DNA of 64,000 nucleotides from NCBI GenBank assembly GCA_907165135.1, contig OU015568.1:10416001-10480000 (forward strand), read 5' to 3'. Positions 15,028-26,244 of the stretch are shown in pieces (positions within the stretch are counted from its first letter, which is position 1; each line of letters begins with the position of its first letter). A program made the position numbers and the translations under genes. The DNA is from Oikopleura dioica (lineage: Eukaryota; Animalia; Chordata). The notes under the pieces are model-generated. The model ran no database searches and was not told where the DNA came from. It saw only the letters and a program-made list of their open reading frames with translations.

Positions 15028-16526
15028 TTATTCGACATTTATTCTTGAGCAAATATTATCCATCTTGTCCCAGGCGGTTCGGGCGAGCTCCGGAGAGAGG
15101 TTAACCTCAGCTTCGCGAATGTAAGGCGAACCAGTCCATGAAGTAAGGGATTCATACTTCTTGTTTTTGAATGGTGGATCTAAAGAAGATTTCCATCAAA
15201 TAAATTCGCATGTAGAGTAGCATTTACCTTGGTTAAAAGTGTATAGAATGCTTTTCATTGCGTTTTGCGGAGAGCGAGTAAGTTTGGATTGGAAGGGTTG
15301 AACAATGAAGAAGAAAATGGTAAGGAAGATTTTGAAGAAAGCAGGTACCATGGACAGTGTAATATTGGAAGAAAATGTTCCTGGGTCGCAAATATACGAT
15401 TTTTGCCCGTCAGATGACATTTTTGTTGATAACAAGTTAACGAGAAACTTGGACGCACCATAAGGGTCTTTGACGCTGACGCCTTCGATATCTGAAAGTC
15501 GAGTTGGTGAATCGAAGGTACGTAGATATTAGATCACCATCGATGGAGAAAGCTTCCGGGCGAGCAGTATTTGAACTGGTCCAAATGGTTTTTTCGATTT
15601 TGACAGAGTGAAGAGCGCATATCAAGGCGAAATGGGATAAGGCGTTTGTTTGGAAGATTTGTTCGAAACCTGAATTCTAGATATCATTTAATTGATTCAA
15701 TTTTGCAAGTTTTTGAGAACAATAGCCGTAAATTCAACGTAATATTTCAAATATTTTCATGGGTTATCAACAGGAGGAAGAACAACTAGACCAAGAGCTC
15801 GATGAACTAACCGGTCTTCTACGAGAAAATATCCAGGCCAAAATGGACCAACATGGCAAACTAGACGACTTAGAAAACCAAGCTAATGATCTCCGTAAGT
15901 CGCTCTCTCCAAAACGAAATATTTTGATTAAAATTTTCAGAAGACGCAGCTGGTCTATTTATGGAACGCGCGGAGAAGGTTTCGGACAAGTACTGGTTTC
16001 AAAATATGAAATATACTTTTGCGTTAGTCGCGTTTCTTTTGCTTGTGGTCATTTTCTTTCTGTGAATAAATTCAGAAGCATTTACCATCTTTGGTTTTGC
16101 TGGAAGAGTATTTGATGAGTCCGTCTCCAGTGGCGAAACGATAGGGCAGTTCCCAAGGAGCAAGTAATGAGCGGATTACGCAGCCGAGATCTAACGAACA
16201 ACTCCCCATTGTTCCGGCGTTCAGAAAGAGGCAATCAACTTTCTTTGTCAACTCGGAAATCGCTAACGCAGCGCTTTTTATTGAACTCAAGTCAGAGTTG
16301 TCACCATGAATAACTGTTTTGTTAAAAATTAATTCATCATCAGTGTCTTACTGTGAAAGGAGCCGTCATTCTGTTTCACGAGCGCTTGAACTTCGCCAAA
16401 AACTTTCATAGCCTTTGTCTGGTTTCGGCAAAGTACGACGAAGTTATCTGCTGGTTGTTGTTGAACAAGGTGTTTTACAAGTTCGAGGCCGAGCCCGGCC
16501 GTGCACCCGGTGAAAACAAGCCACAT
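15028..16526 (-). CDS. HSD17B7: 3-keto-steroid reductase / 17-beta-HSD7-like SDR
   Basis: TGCTAGLG Rossmann motif, LFLNAG, RFATGDGLI, GFEQIFQTNALSHF, IWTSSNTA; C-terminus KYESLTSWTGSPYIREAEVNL. Confidence 0.85.
15759..16065 (+). CDS. Synaptobrevin/VAMP-like SNARE, 86 aa, nested antisense in an HSD17B7 intron
   Basis: Exons 15759-15894 and 15941-16065 (46-nt GTAAGT..TTTTCAG intron) give LDELTGLLRENIQAKMDQHGKLDDLENQANDLQDAAGLFMERAEKVSDKYWFQNMK plus a C-terminal TM; AATAAA overlaps the stop. Confidence 0.82.
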
Positions 16527-16636
16527 TGAGTTTCTGTTTTTTTGCGATTTCTAAAAAGTTGAATTTTCGTTTGATACCATAGGAGATATTGCGTTTTTTA
16601 TGAATAAATAGAAAAAAGGTACGGATTAACTACAAG

Positions 16637-17544
16637 TTAAAGGACAGAAATAAGTCTGGAAGTAAGAAGATCTTCGATTTCGATTATAGAATTGAGCGGG
16701 TCGATTTCCATGTCCATAGTGGGCTTGTCTTTCATGATCAGACTGACTTTCCATCGTCGCGAAGAAAGCACATTTCCAATCACTCCTTTCACGCCTGCTC
16801 GAGATTTTAATACATACAGTTTTGCCACGTAGCAATACCTTGGTCGAAGTACTTCATTGCCTTGGGCTCGACCTTATCTCCCTCAGTTTCTAGCTTGAAT
16901 GAAAAAACTGAAACAGAAGGTGCCCAGGAAAATGTCACAGAGGGAAGGATCTTCTCAACCTTGTCAAGCTCAATCACACTAAATCCCTCAGACGAGTCAA
17001 TTTTTGACGATTTCGAGGCAGTCGTGAAATCTGAAACTGCCGCTGCTTTTTTCCGAGCTTTGCAAATGTGATTTGAATTTCCTTTCGAATGAAAGATGCT
17101 GCAAATTTTAAAGCTGTAACTAAAAGGATTATCTTCTTTTCTGCAATGGAGACCTCTAGAATTTTCGAATACTCTTCTAGCATGCCAAAATACTCATCCA
17201 AAGTGTTAAATTCAATTTCTATCAATCGATCCTTGCTCTTTCGATATTCGTCTTGAACGAGAAGGAATTTCTCTGGCGACATTTCAATGTCCAATCTGTG
17301 GCGAAACGGCCGTGCAGAACTGCTTCGATGAATAAAAATGACATTCCAGTTTGCCTTCAAGAAGTATTCTATCAGATAAACACGAAAAAAGGTAAATTTA
17401 AAAAGCACCTGCTAGCCGCGCTCCTCGAACTCCCGTTGAAAAGTTTTCCAGCGAACGTACCGGATCAATCGGAATCGAAGTGCCGCCCGATGTGATCAAA
17501 ACTACGCCCTGGCCAATATCCGATTCAAATATGCGATTTGCCAT
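16637..17544 (-). CDS. PPCS: Phosphopantothenate-cysteine ligase
   Basis: VLITSGGTSIPIDPVRSLENFSTGVRGARLAEYF, AAAVSDF and FSFKLETE are CoaB/PPCS motifs. Confidence 0.9.
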
Positions 17545-17751
17545 CGATTGAATTTGAAACAGAATTAAAATCTGAAAAATCAGAATCCTCGTTTTGCTGC
17601 GTTATTTTGAAAGACATGTATTGAAGTTTTTTCTCTATCAGATGTTTTTTCTGGGAAGAATTTAAAAATAGGATAGTTCAGTTTAAAATAGAGTTTTGTA
17701 GGACATAGAAAGAATCTTCCGTAATAGGAAGGGATGGCAGGAAAATAGTTT

Positions 17752-18956
17752 TTAGTTGACTAAAGCTTGTTGCTGCATGCGATATTTTTTCATCATTTCC
17801 GCAAGTGCCAGTTGAGTTCGTCGAACTGAAGAAGTTGTAAATTTGCTTAGAAATGTGCGATTGTAGTACCTTTATCTTCTTGGGCATAAATATCCTTGTC
17901 AGAAATGCTAACGTTTGTGCAAAGCGGTTGAACTGCATCAGATGTCACTGAAAATGCATTTTACTAGCAGTTCTGAAAGGAAATCTTACATAAAGCTTTA
18001 TTGACGTTTCTTCCTTCTTCGGCGATTTCAATCTGCTTCGGGACGACTTCTTTTTGTCCTTGAACGGGGAGCTTCGTGCTCACTAGTTGCGAGCTCAGTC
18101 GAGTCATCACGCAGCTATCGTCGAACACATCCGGTAACGAAGGCTTGAAGAGGAGACTCGTTAGATTTAACAGAGAATAGTGGGGAATTACCTTGATTCC
18201 ATCTGGGAGAGGGACATCCCCAACCTTTTCCCCGTGGACATCGACAGGGAACATCTTCTCAAGTCTCTTCTCGGACAGAAGCTGGCATGGCCGGGAGCGA
18301 ACAGGGGGGACAGGTCTTGCTGATTCGTCTTTTTCTCGATTTGGATAGTCCTTGACGACCTTGTTGTCTGGAAAACCACGCACGAGTTTTAGAGGCATTT
18401 CTCCGCACCATTGTGCTCGACTAATTTCATTTGAGAATGCCAATAAGAAAAGTTACTTACCGAACAGGAAGATCAAAGTCGTACTCGATCGGGCGAACAC
18501 CGTGCTTGATAATGTAGTCGGTTTTCTTGTAGTCTTTCTCTTGTTTAATCTTGAGAAGGTCGGGAGAGAATGTTCCGCTGAAAAAGACTTTAGTGCCTAG
18601 TTAGTTTAGTTGATGAAAATTTACTTCTGTCTCATAATTTAGTTTTCGGGAGAAAAATCTTCAGAAAATTTGGAAAAAAAAATCAATGGGGGTCAATAAA
18701 AAATGGCGCCAGTGCGTTTCCACTAAAGAGTGTGAAAAGTCACCCGGCGAGATTTTCCTGAAATGGAGAATCCTTACGTTTTGAAATCGAAGCATTCGGG
18801 CGCGTTCCACGTGGGCCCTAGCGCTTGCATCAGTTCTTTCTTCGTTTTAATGCGTTTCCCTTCTGGTGAGATGTAAATCGTCTCTGTGAGTTTATGTTTA
18901 GCTAGGCCGACTACAAGCACTTCCTCGCGTTTCCAACCTTTCGGCAATGCTTGCAT
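17752..18956 (-). CDS. MBD2/3: MBD2/3-like NuRD subunit with degenerate methyl-CpG-binding domain
   Basis: LPKGWKREEV...YISPEGK...FDFKT (MBD), RPCQLLSEKRL, LPVQGQ, and QPLCTNVSISDKDIYAQEDKVRRTQLALAE (MBD_C/coiled coil). Confidence 0.85.
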
Positions 18957-19045
18957 TCTAAGTAAACAAGAAAGAAATTGATGATTTTTCGATAAAGGAA
19001 AGTGAGTTTATTTTGGGAAAATACAGGCAAGTGTGAACAAAGTTA

Positions 19046-20346
19046 TCACCAGTCGTCAACAGGTGTATGTTTTGCTTCTTTGAACTTCTTGAGGTTTTTG
19101 CCGGCGATTATGTCTTGAATGACGAGGAGGACGAAGTACGAAGCAGCGCCGATTCCTAGCCAGAGGAGCATTTGCCGGACGGCGGGAAGCAAGCCGCTTT
19201 CAATCAAAATTTCTTGCCACAGATCAGCTTCGGCCATTTCATCACTAAAAAGATTTTGGATTTGCAAGGAGACGTTTTGAGTTAACGACTTACGAAATGT
19301 GTTGAAGAGCGACACCTTCTACGTCAACGTCAGCAGCTTCGGCTTGGTCGGCGAATTCTTCCAAGTTTTGAAGATCTTGCTCACTCAAATCGGTCAAGTT
19401 GAGTACCGTATTTTCCCCGAAAATCTCGCTAATGTCGATTCCTTCGGCCATGAAAGCCTCTTGGAATTCAGAAACGTCGATTGTTTCAGCATTTTCACCA
19501 ATTGGAGAGTTAAGGATGATTTCAGTGATGTTGAATTCGTTTTCTGGCTCAGCGTTTCTCGCGTTGAACGTTGCTCGGGAGGATACAGTGGTGTTTGGTG
19601 ACATAGACTCGCTGAGCATCGCGTTGATGTTGACGTTTTCATCAAGGAAGGGCTTCAGTTTTGGAGCTGTTTGATAGCCGCCAAAGCCAATCACCTGAAA
19701 TCATGGTTGAGTTTGAACTCTTTCAGGATCATGACTATACAAAACACAGAATTTGCGATATTTTGAAGAAAAACTCACCGCGACAAGTAAAAAGATGATG
19801 ATGAGGATTATCAAAAAGATTCTCGAGAAAATGACAAAGCATCTGCTTTTACAACAGTAGGCCAAAAAGAGAGTCAAAGAGAAGAAGGCGGTGACCAAGA
19901 ATGGAAGAACGACGCTTTGAGAGTAGTAAACGGCTGTACTGAGCATTTCGTCCTTGTCTTTATTGTCGATCATTTCTATATCCGTATCGTTTGGCATATT
20001 CGCGATGATGAAGTCGATGTCGAAGGAGATATCAACGCCTGCCACTGTGATGTCCAAGCTGCCTTCTTCAAGCGTAGTTCGCAAATCATTTCTAAAAACT
20101 CAGTAAAAATCGATTTTTTATATGTTTGCGCTACCTAACCCAACTGAGCGCCATCGCGCCGATAATAAGTGAAGAAGCAATAATGATGAAGGAGAAAAAG
20201 TAGCCACAGCATCCTGCACCAGTGTCTTTGTCAATTTTTAGCCTCTTCTGTGCCTCAGCCCATTTTGCTTGCGCCTTATTGACTCTTGGGCTCTGTGCCC
20301 AACCGGGCGTCGCGTTGCCGTTCTGCTGGACGTTTACGTAAACGCC
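19046..20346 (-). CDS. Orphan multi-pass (probably 4-TM) membrane protein; 5' exon unresolved
   Basis: Four hydrophobic segments (CCGYFFSFIII..., VVLPFLVTAFF..., RIFLIILIIIFLLVAV, MLLWLGIGAASYFVLL) with a large acidic N-glycosylated loop. Confidence 0.6.
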
Positions 20347-20762
20347 CTGAGAAAAGTGGATTTTTAATCATTCACAAATAGTGTTTTCTCGAATATTTAC
20401 TGTTTTTATTACTTTTTACATGAAAAATAAATTGATGTTTTTTTTCTATATTGTTTTTTAGTTAGAAATCCATGCCTGCTGCATAACGTTTCTCTATTGA
20501 TTTCTTCATAATTCGTAAATATGCTCTGATTCGTTTCAGTTCTAGAGACGAACTTATATTCAACCGCGCAGTGAGTCTAAGTGAGTGCGCGCGCACCCGG
20601 AGGACTTATATTTCCCGGAGGACCGCGTAGGAAGGAAAACAAAGAGTTTCTAGGAAACAAACTCTTTTGTACGCATGAATTATCCTATTATGACAATTTG
20701 ATCACTTTATTTTTAACAAGTCAATAAGGGCTGTTATTGTAAATAGTATGTTTTGGTACAGT

Positions 20763-21774
20763 CAGAGTTGCAAATTTTTGAAAATTTTTTCTGAGCTGAG
20801 CTAGCTGAGCTGAGGTCGAAATTGAGCTGAGCTGAGCTGAGCTGGCTCCTTATAAAAAACAACTGAGCTGAGCTGAGCTGAGCTGGTTTTTATCAAAAAA
20901 ATTGAGCTGAGCTGAGCTGAGCTGGGGCATATTTGTAAATTTTTGAGCTGAGCTGAGCTGAGCTGATGATTTCTCAAACTGAGCTAGCTGAGCTGAGCTG
21001 ACCATTTTTTATGCTGAGCTAGCTGAGCTGAGCTGAGCTAGCTGAGCTGAGCTGAGAAAGCTGATTTTTATTTGCTATAAAAATGCCAAAAAATGTGTTG
21101 AAGCGAATTTCAACCTTCTTGAGTAGATGGACAGGGTGCCCCTGCCCTCACACACCCCTAGACCAGCATCTCACTCGCAACATCGCGCTTTTTTGACATA
21201 AAAAAATTATTCTGTCATTTAACAATAAGGAATCCTCCAAAATATTATACAGTGGTATCATTTATGTGGATGAGTCAATGTTTCAACCTTCTAGCGTAGA
21301 TGGACAGGGAGCCCCTGCCCTCGCACACCTCTAGACCAGTTTCTCACATTCGCAATCACATATTTACCATCTGTACTTTATTATTTCTTTATTGGAAGCC
21401 CTTTTTATTTAATTTCTCTCTTGTTTCAAAGAAAACTCGAATTATTTCTATCTAAAATTGACCAACAGGAAAGCATGAATAGAAAATACGTCGAAGTTTT
21501 TGAAAAACGACCAATCAAAAGTGGTTCGATCTTTGTCAGCTCAATAGACTGAGCTGAGCTGAGCTAGCTGAGCTGAGCTTAAAATTGAGCTAGCTGAGCT
21601 GAGCTGGCACTTTTCGAAGAACCATTGAGCTGAGCTAGCTGAGCTGAGGTCAAATTGAGCTGAGCTGAGCTGAGCTGACCCTCACCTCAAAATTGCTGAG
21701 CTGAGCTGAGCTGAGCTGTAGCTCAGCTAGCTCAGATAGCTCAGCTCAGCTAGCTCACAAAATTTGCAACTCTG
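20763..21774. mobile_element. hAT-type MITE packed with GAGCT/CTGAG pentamer repeats
   Basis: TIR CAGAGTTGCAAATTT / AAATTTGCAACTCTG; 8-bp TSD GGTACAGT at 20755-20762 and 21775-21782; pentamer arrays at about 20790-21060 and 21548-21757. Confidence 0.92.
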
Positions 21775-22281
21775 GGTACAGTTATATTTGCAATTTTCCA
21801 TATATTGATAAGAACCATCGCTTTGTTTAAAACCATTGTGTAGCTCACGAGGAATCTCTTCACGGAGATATATACAAGAATATTTGAAAACACCATTCGC
21901 GTCAGACAGGTTTAGTGGTTTTTCTATAGGACAAAAAGGTATTTTTCTTCTATATAAGCTGAAAATTTTTTGAATAACTCGTCGCGTTTCAATTCGAGAT
22001 ATTGGCTCATGAGGAGTTCTTCTCGAAACTATGGTCGTCGTTTTCCGTGTAGGCTTTTCTGTAGGTTGACACTCTGGTACATTACATCTTGCTCTACAGG
22101 CTTTTAATTGAGCCCGATTCTCCGAGACGACAGTAGTACGATCTTTCATCTGGAAAACGAAGTCTTTTGTGCATTGAATCCAGCATTCTCTATCGAATCC
22201 AGTCGGGTAGCACTGTTCTCCCAAATGCACTGACTTTTCAGCAAACAAGGATGAGATAAAATACAATAATACGATCCACAT
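21727..22281 (-). CDS. Small secreted Cys-rich protein; last 15 codons lie inside the MITE
   Basis: ATG-initiated 184-aa intronless ORF with signal peptide MWIVLLYFISSLFA and many Cys. Confidence 0.65.
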   Translation of the reverse strand: MWIVLLYFISSLFAEKSVHLGEQCYPTGFDRECWIQCTKDFVFQMKDRTTVVSENRAQLKACRARCNVPECQPTEKPTRKTTTIVSRRTPHEPISRIETRRVIQKIFSLYRRKIPFCPIEKPLNLSDANGVFKYSCIYLREEIPRELHNGFKQSDGSYQYMENCKYNCTQSCKFCELAELSYLS

Positions 22282-22661
22282 ACTTGAGTCTATCTCTTGC
22301 AGAAAGAATATAGATGCCTTCGGTGAAGTTTATTTACTTTTAGTTAATATTTAACGACGAGTATTTACATATTTTGTATTTTCACAACAGTTTTGGTGAA
22401 AGTAGCATTGCTACCAGCATTGCTAATAGACTATTAGTAATAGTTGAAGCTTCAATTAGCAGATCATCATCATATCAAAGGGATCGATAATTGATTCATT
22501 AGATAAAGATAGAATAGCAGCTTGCAGGTACATCGTGCACCTTAATGTGAACACCTGGTCATTCTTGTGCACCACGGTAGCTGTTTGTTCTCTCATGACG
22601 CCTTATCTGATCATGATTAGGTGCACTTGCACTTTTTCTGGCGCTAAAGGTAACTCTGGGA

Positions 22662-22667
22662 TATAAG
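22662..22667 (+). promoter_or_regulatory. Candidate TATA box of the achaete-scute-like gene
   Basis: TATAAG about 70 bp upstream of ATG 22733; a CACCTG E-box near 22553. Confidence 0.4.
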
Positions 22668-22732
22668 AGCTTACCATTTAGTTGGACATCATTAAATCGT
22701 TTCTCCAAACACATCTACACAAGTGCTCCAAA

Positions 22733-23260
22733 ATGACTGGAAAAATCACGAAAAAGCCCTACCGTAAACAGTACCGTTCTCCCGAAGCTATCGCCCGTCG
22801 CAACGATCAAGAACGCGTTCGACAGAAGGAAATCAACGATGCGTTTGATCAGCTTCGTGCGCAAATCCCATACGGGGAATGGAAGGGAAAGAAGATGTCA
22901 AAGTGCCAGACTCTCGAGGGAGCGATCGAGCACATAAGGAATTTAGCGACGGTGATCCATGAAGCTGATGCGATGACTTGTGGCACTCAATTTACAGGCT
23001 TCAATAATTCCTACAGTCTCTCCCCGACAAGCTCCATCGACATGTCTCAGTCTGGTTACAGCTCTCCAGAAACGTCCTTTTCTCCCTCCGTTCCAACTCA
23101 CGGACAAACATATCCTAGTCTTCCAGATCTAAGCTGCTTCTACCAAAACCTGAATCCAATGTACTGCGGCCAAACTTCATATCTATCAGAAATCCCACTC
23201 CTTCCGACTCAAGAAGAAACACCACTCGATTATTCCTCTGGTCGCTACTCGCCTTATTAA
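22733..23260 (+). CDS. ASCL: Achaete-scute-family bHLH transcription factor (intronless)
   Basis: AIARRNDQERVRQKEINDAFDQLRAQIP...KKMSKCQTLEGAIEHIRNL matches the ASCL pattern, followed by a Ser/Pro/Tyr-rich tail and AATAAA. Confidence 0.8.
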   Translation: MTGKITKKPYRKQYRSPEAIARRNDQERVRQKEINDAFDQLRAQIPYGEWKGKKMSKCQTLEGAIEHIRNLATVIHEADAMTCGTQFTGFNNSYSLSPTSSIDMSQSGYSSPETSFSPSVPTHGQTYPSLPDLSCFYQNLNPMYCGQTSYLSEIPLLPTQEETPLDYSSGRYSPY

Positions 23261-23327
23261 AAAACGTTTGTAAATAAAAGTCATCAGAAAATATGCATCA
23301 TTTTATTCATCATCATCCGAACACGTT

Positions 23328-23709
23328 TCAAAAGCTCAAGCGCAGAATGCTATCTACTTCGTCGTTGATTTCTTTTATTTGCTTTTCCCCTGCTGCGATA
23401 TCCAGACTTAGAGCTTGCTTTTAACTTCGTATCATTGGTTCTTTTACCTCAGCTGCTTCATTTCCGATAGAATACGTTCAAAATCTGACTTTCTGGCTTC
23501 AAGCGTTTCTTTGTCCCTTGAGATAACAGATTCTATCATATTCTAGGGTAGGAAGAAAACATAGTTTTAGTCAATGAATCGTACCTTACCTTCTTTAGTG
23601 ACAAAGTGCTCATTCTACTTTGAAAAAATTGGTTTCGCGCTTGACTTGATTCAGAAGATTGAAAACTTTCACGTGATCTTTTTCGCGATGGAATATTATT
23701 ACCGCTCAT
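23328..23709 (-). CDS. Small coiled-coil protein (about 100 aa, 3 exons)
   Basis: MSGNNIPSRKRSRESF...LSLKK | ...ETLEARKSDFERILSEMKQL | SLDIAAGEKQIKEINDEVDSILRLSF*, followed by AATAAA. Confidence 0.5.
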
Positions 23710-23729
23710 TTATGTTGGCAAGGCTTATT

Positions 23730-24041
23730 TCAAACTAGTGTTTTACGAATAAAGAATACACCATAAACTAAATTATCTAGAAAAGGATTTATTTCAACCA
23801 GTTTTGTCAAGTTATCATGAAGAGTTATTGCTTGAAGTAGTCTCCTTTCAGCATCCAATTGTATGGCTAAATATATGGATTTTTCAATCTTAAGATTTTG
23901 CTTATTTCTTACCCATAAGACGAAGGGGTAGCTTTGTCCTGTGGAAGGACCTTTGTCAAGCTTAAGAAAGTCAGTCTTGTGAACCCTTGCGTCGACCTTT
24001 TCACTTGAAAAAATCAGCATAAACATTGAAAAAACTTTCAT
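23730..24041 (-). CDS. Possible small secreted protein
   Basis: ATG-initiated 103-aa ORF with a hydrophobic N-terminus; no recognisable domain. Confidence 0.3.
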   Translation of the reverse strand: MKVFSMFMLIFSSEKVDARVHKTDFLKLDKGPSTGQSYPFVLWVRNKQNLKIEKSIYLAIQLDAERRLLQAITLHDNLTKLVEINPFLDNLVYGVFFIRKTLV

Positions 24042-24326
24042 TTTTCTCTTATTTAAGTTAGAACGCGTAATTGATACTCACTGCAGTAGATGCGACTGCT
24101 TTATAACCTCCAATACGTTATACGTTTGAATATTTTATGGAGGCCTGGATCCCTGGCTCTAGGAGAGTAACCCTATTATGCGAGACCTACTTTAGGCGAG
24201 TTTTTGAGTGGCTTGTTTATTTAAATGTACATACAGTCAGAAGAGATTAACTCATCCACTGCTCTTAATGGGCAGCAAACGTCTCTCTGAGATTGAAAGA
24301 TAAATAATGGTCTTAAAAGCATCAAA

Positions 24327-25940
24327 TTAGTCTTCAGCTGTGTAGAAAACATCGAGTGAAGCATCCTCAACTGGCGCCCACTTGTTCAACTTCTTCGACC
24401 AGCCCTTCCAAGTGGCACCAATTAATTGAGGCCATCGAACATCATCTTGGACGTAAAGAACAGCTCTTAACAATCTTGGCGGGAGATTTTTTATATTTTT
24501 CTACCTTGGTCGACCAAGATCCTTCATCTCAGCAATCTGCCAAGAAGCAGTAGATTCGAAGTAGAAAATATAGACCTTGTTGTCCCAGTGCTTGTAAATT
24601 GGTCTTGATGTGTCAGCGCCTACAGAATTGACGTTAATTTCTTACAGACTGAGTGATCAATACCGGGGATTGGAGTGTCAGTAGGTGCATAAACACCGAT
24701 TAGAGTCGTCTGTTGCCAGTCAGAAAGCATTGTGCCAGTCAATTCTAAGTGAGATAGACCAGAAGAAAGACCTCGGCAAACCCATGGATGGGGCATCAGC
24801 AATTCAGCGGTCGGTCGCTTTGAAGCAGGAACCATGAAACAAGTTGCAAGGAAGTCCTTACAGTGATCAAGCGCTACTGATGGAGGATTTGGTCGCTTGA
24901 AGGGAGTCTTCCTCATTTCAGACTCAACCTCCTCTCGAGTCATATCATTGTAAGGAGGGAATCGAGACATGAGTTCACAAATTGTCGCCCCAAGAGCCCA
25001 CAAATCAGATTTTTCTGAGGCTTCTTTTCCTTGAGTGAGGAGAAGTTCAGGAGCCATGTAGTAAAGGGATGATTCGGGTTTAGCAAGCTCATCAAATCGC
25101 TGGTAACCGGGTAGACGAAAATCAGAGAGAATGCCCTCGCCATTTTCAATATTGAACATTATATTGCTCGCTAGGAAATAATTTGTATTGACAGAATGAA
25201 ATCGGAATTAAATTACTGTCCAATCGACAGTGTCGATCATTCAGACAGTAAACCTAGTCAGGGTACCAGACTGGCCCAGTTACCTTTGATGTTTCCATGG
25301 ACGATTCTTCGATATCGAAGATAAGCAAGTGCTTTTAGAACACCACAAGTGATGGTACAAGTCTCGTCCTCCTTCAATGCTCGTCCAAGCCATCTTTGAT
25401 GATCCAAAACGCTTCGAGATGGATTGTAGTCGCTGATCTGCCAGAAACTTTCGCCATCATCTTGAAAGCCTCTTCAAAAATGTATGACTTTGACTGAATG
25501 AAATAACTACCTGAATCGCAGAATGTTCTCGTTCTTGAAAGTCTTCAAGACGGTAAGCCGCTTGTAAAGCTGTTCTTCGGCTTTTCCGTGTTGAGAAAGA
25601 GGGTCGACATATCGAACTTTCGTCATTCGTCGAGGAGCTCCAGCGACGACGTTCTCTTCTTTGAGTTTCTTCACGTTCTTGATTATTTCAACCTCAACGT
25701 TAGGATCTTCGGGCGTATCCACAGCAAATTCATCAGCATCAGATTTGTTGGACATGATTGGCAAAATCTAGTCAAATTTAAACTAGACTGTTATTAGATC
25801 TCGACTACCTTCACGGCCTGAGCTTTCTGTCCGGGAGCAGAGTTTAGGACGAAAACTTCACCAAAATATCCTTTGGTATCAAAACCATCCTTTTCAATGG
25901 ATAAGGGTGTCCAGCTTGGAAAAATAGCCTCCTCCGTCAT
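24327..25940 (-). CDS. MAP3K (STE11/MEKK2-3)-like pseudokinase with extra C-terminal domain
   Basis: KGYFGEV, AQAVK, LAYLRYRRIVHGNIKASNIMF, LSDFR, YYMAPEL, SDLWALGATICEL, KRPTAELLMPHPWV. Confidence 0.8.
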
Positions 25941-26244
25941 TCTGTCTCTAATTAGAAGAATGAAAGACAGAATGAGTCAAGTGTACTAGGCCAAGGGATC
26001 TTGCCATGCTTATCACCTAAACCAGCGTTGCTTAGTCCAGTTTGCGCGTCAACTACTGCACTGTAATTTGTGGAGAGCGATGTTTCATCCAGGAATAACA
26101 TACGTTTCACATTTACTGATCCGTTGGTCTGAACTCAGGGCCAGAAAAGGGATGAAGGAAAAAAATAGTACACCCTAGGGGCGAAATATTGCAAAGCCCG
26201 GTCAGAAGGATAAAAACGATCGTTCAATTCAAGACAAAAAATCC

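Noticed and set aside
20790-21757. CRISPR array or true immunoglobulin switch region
   Set aside because: No unique spacers and no Ig genes; repeats lie between TIRs and a TSD of a transposon in a eukaryotic locus.
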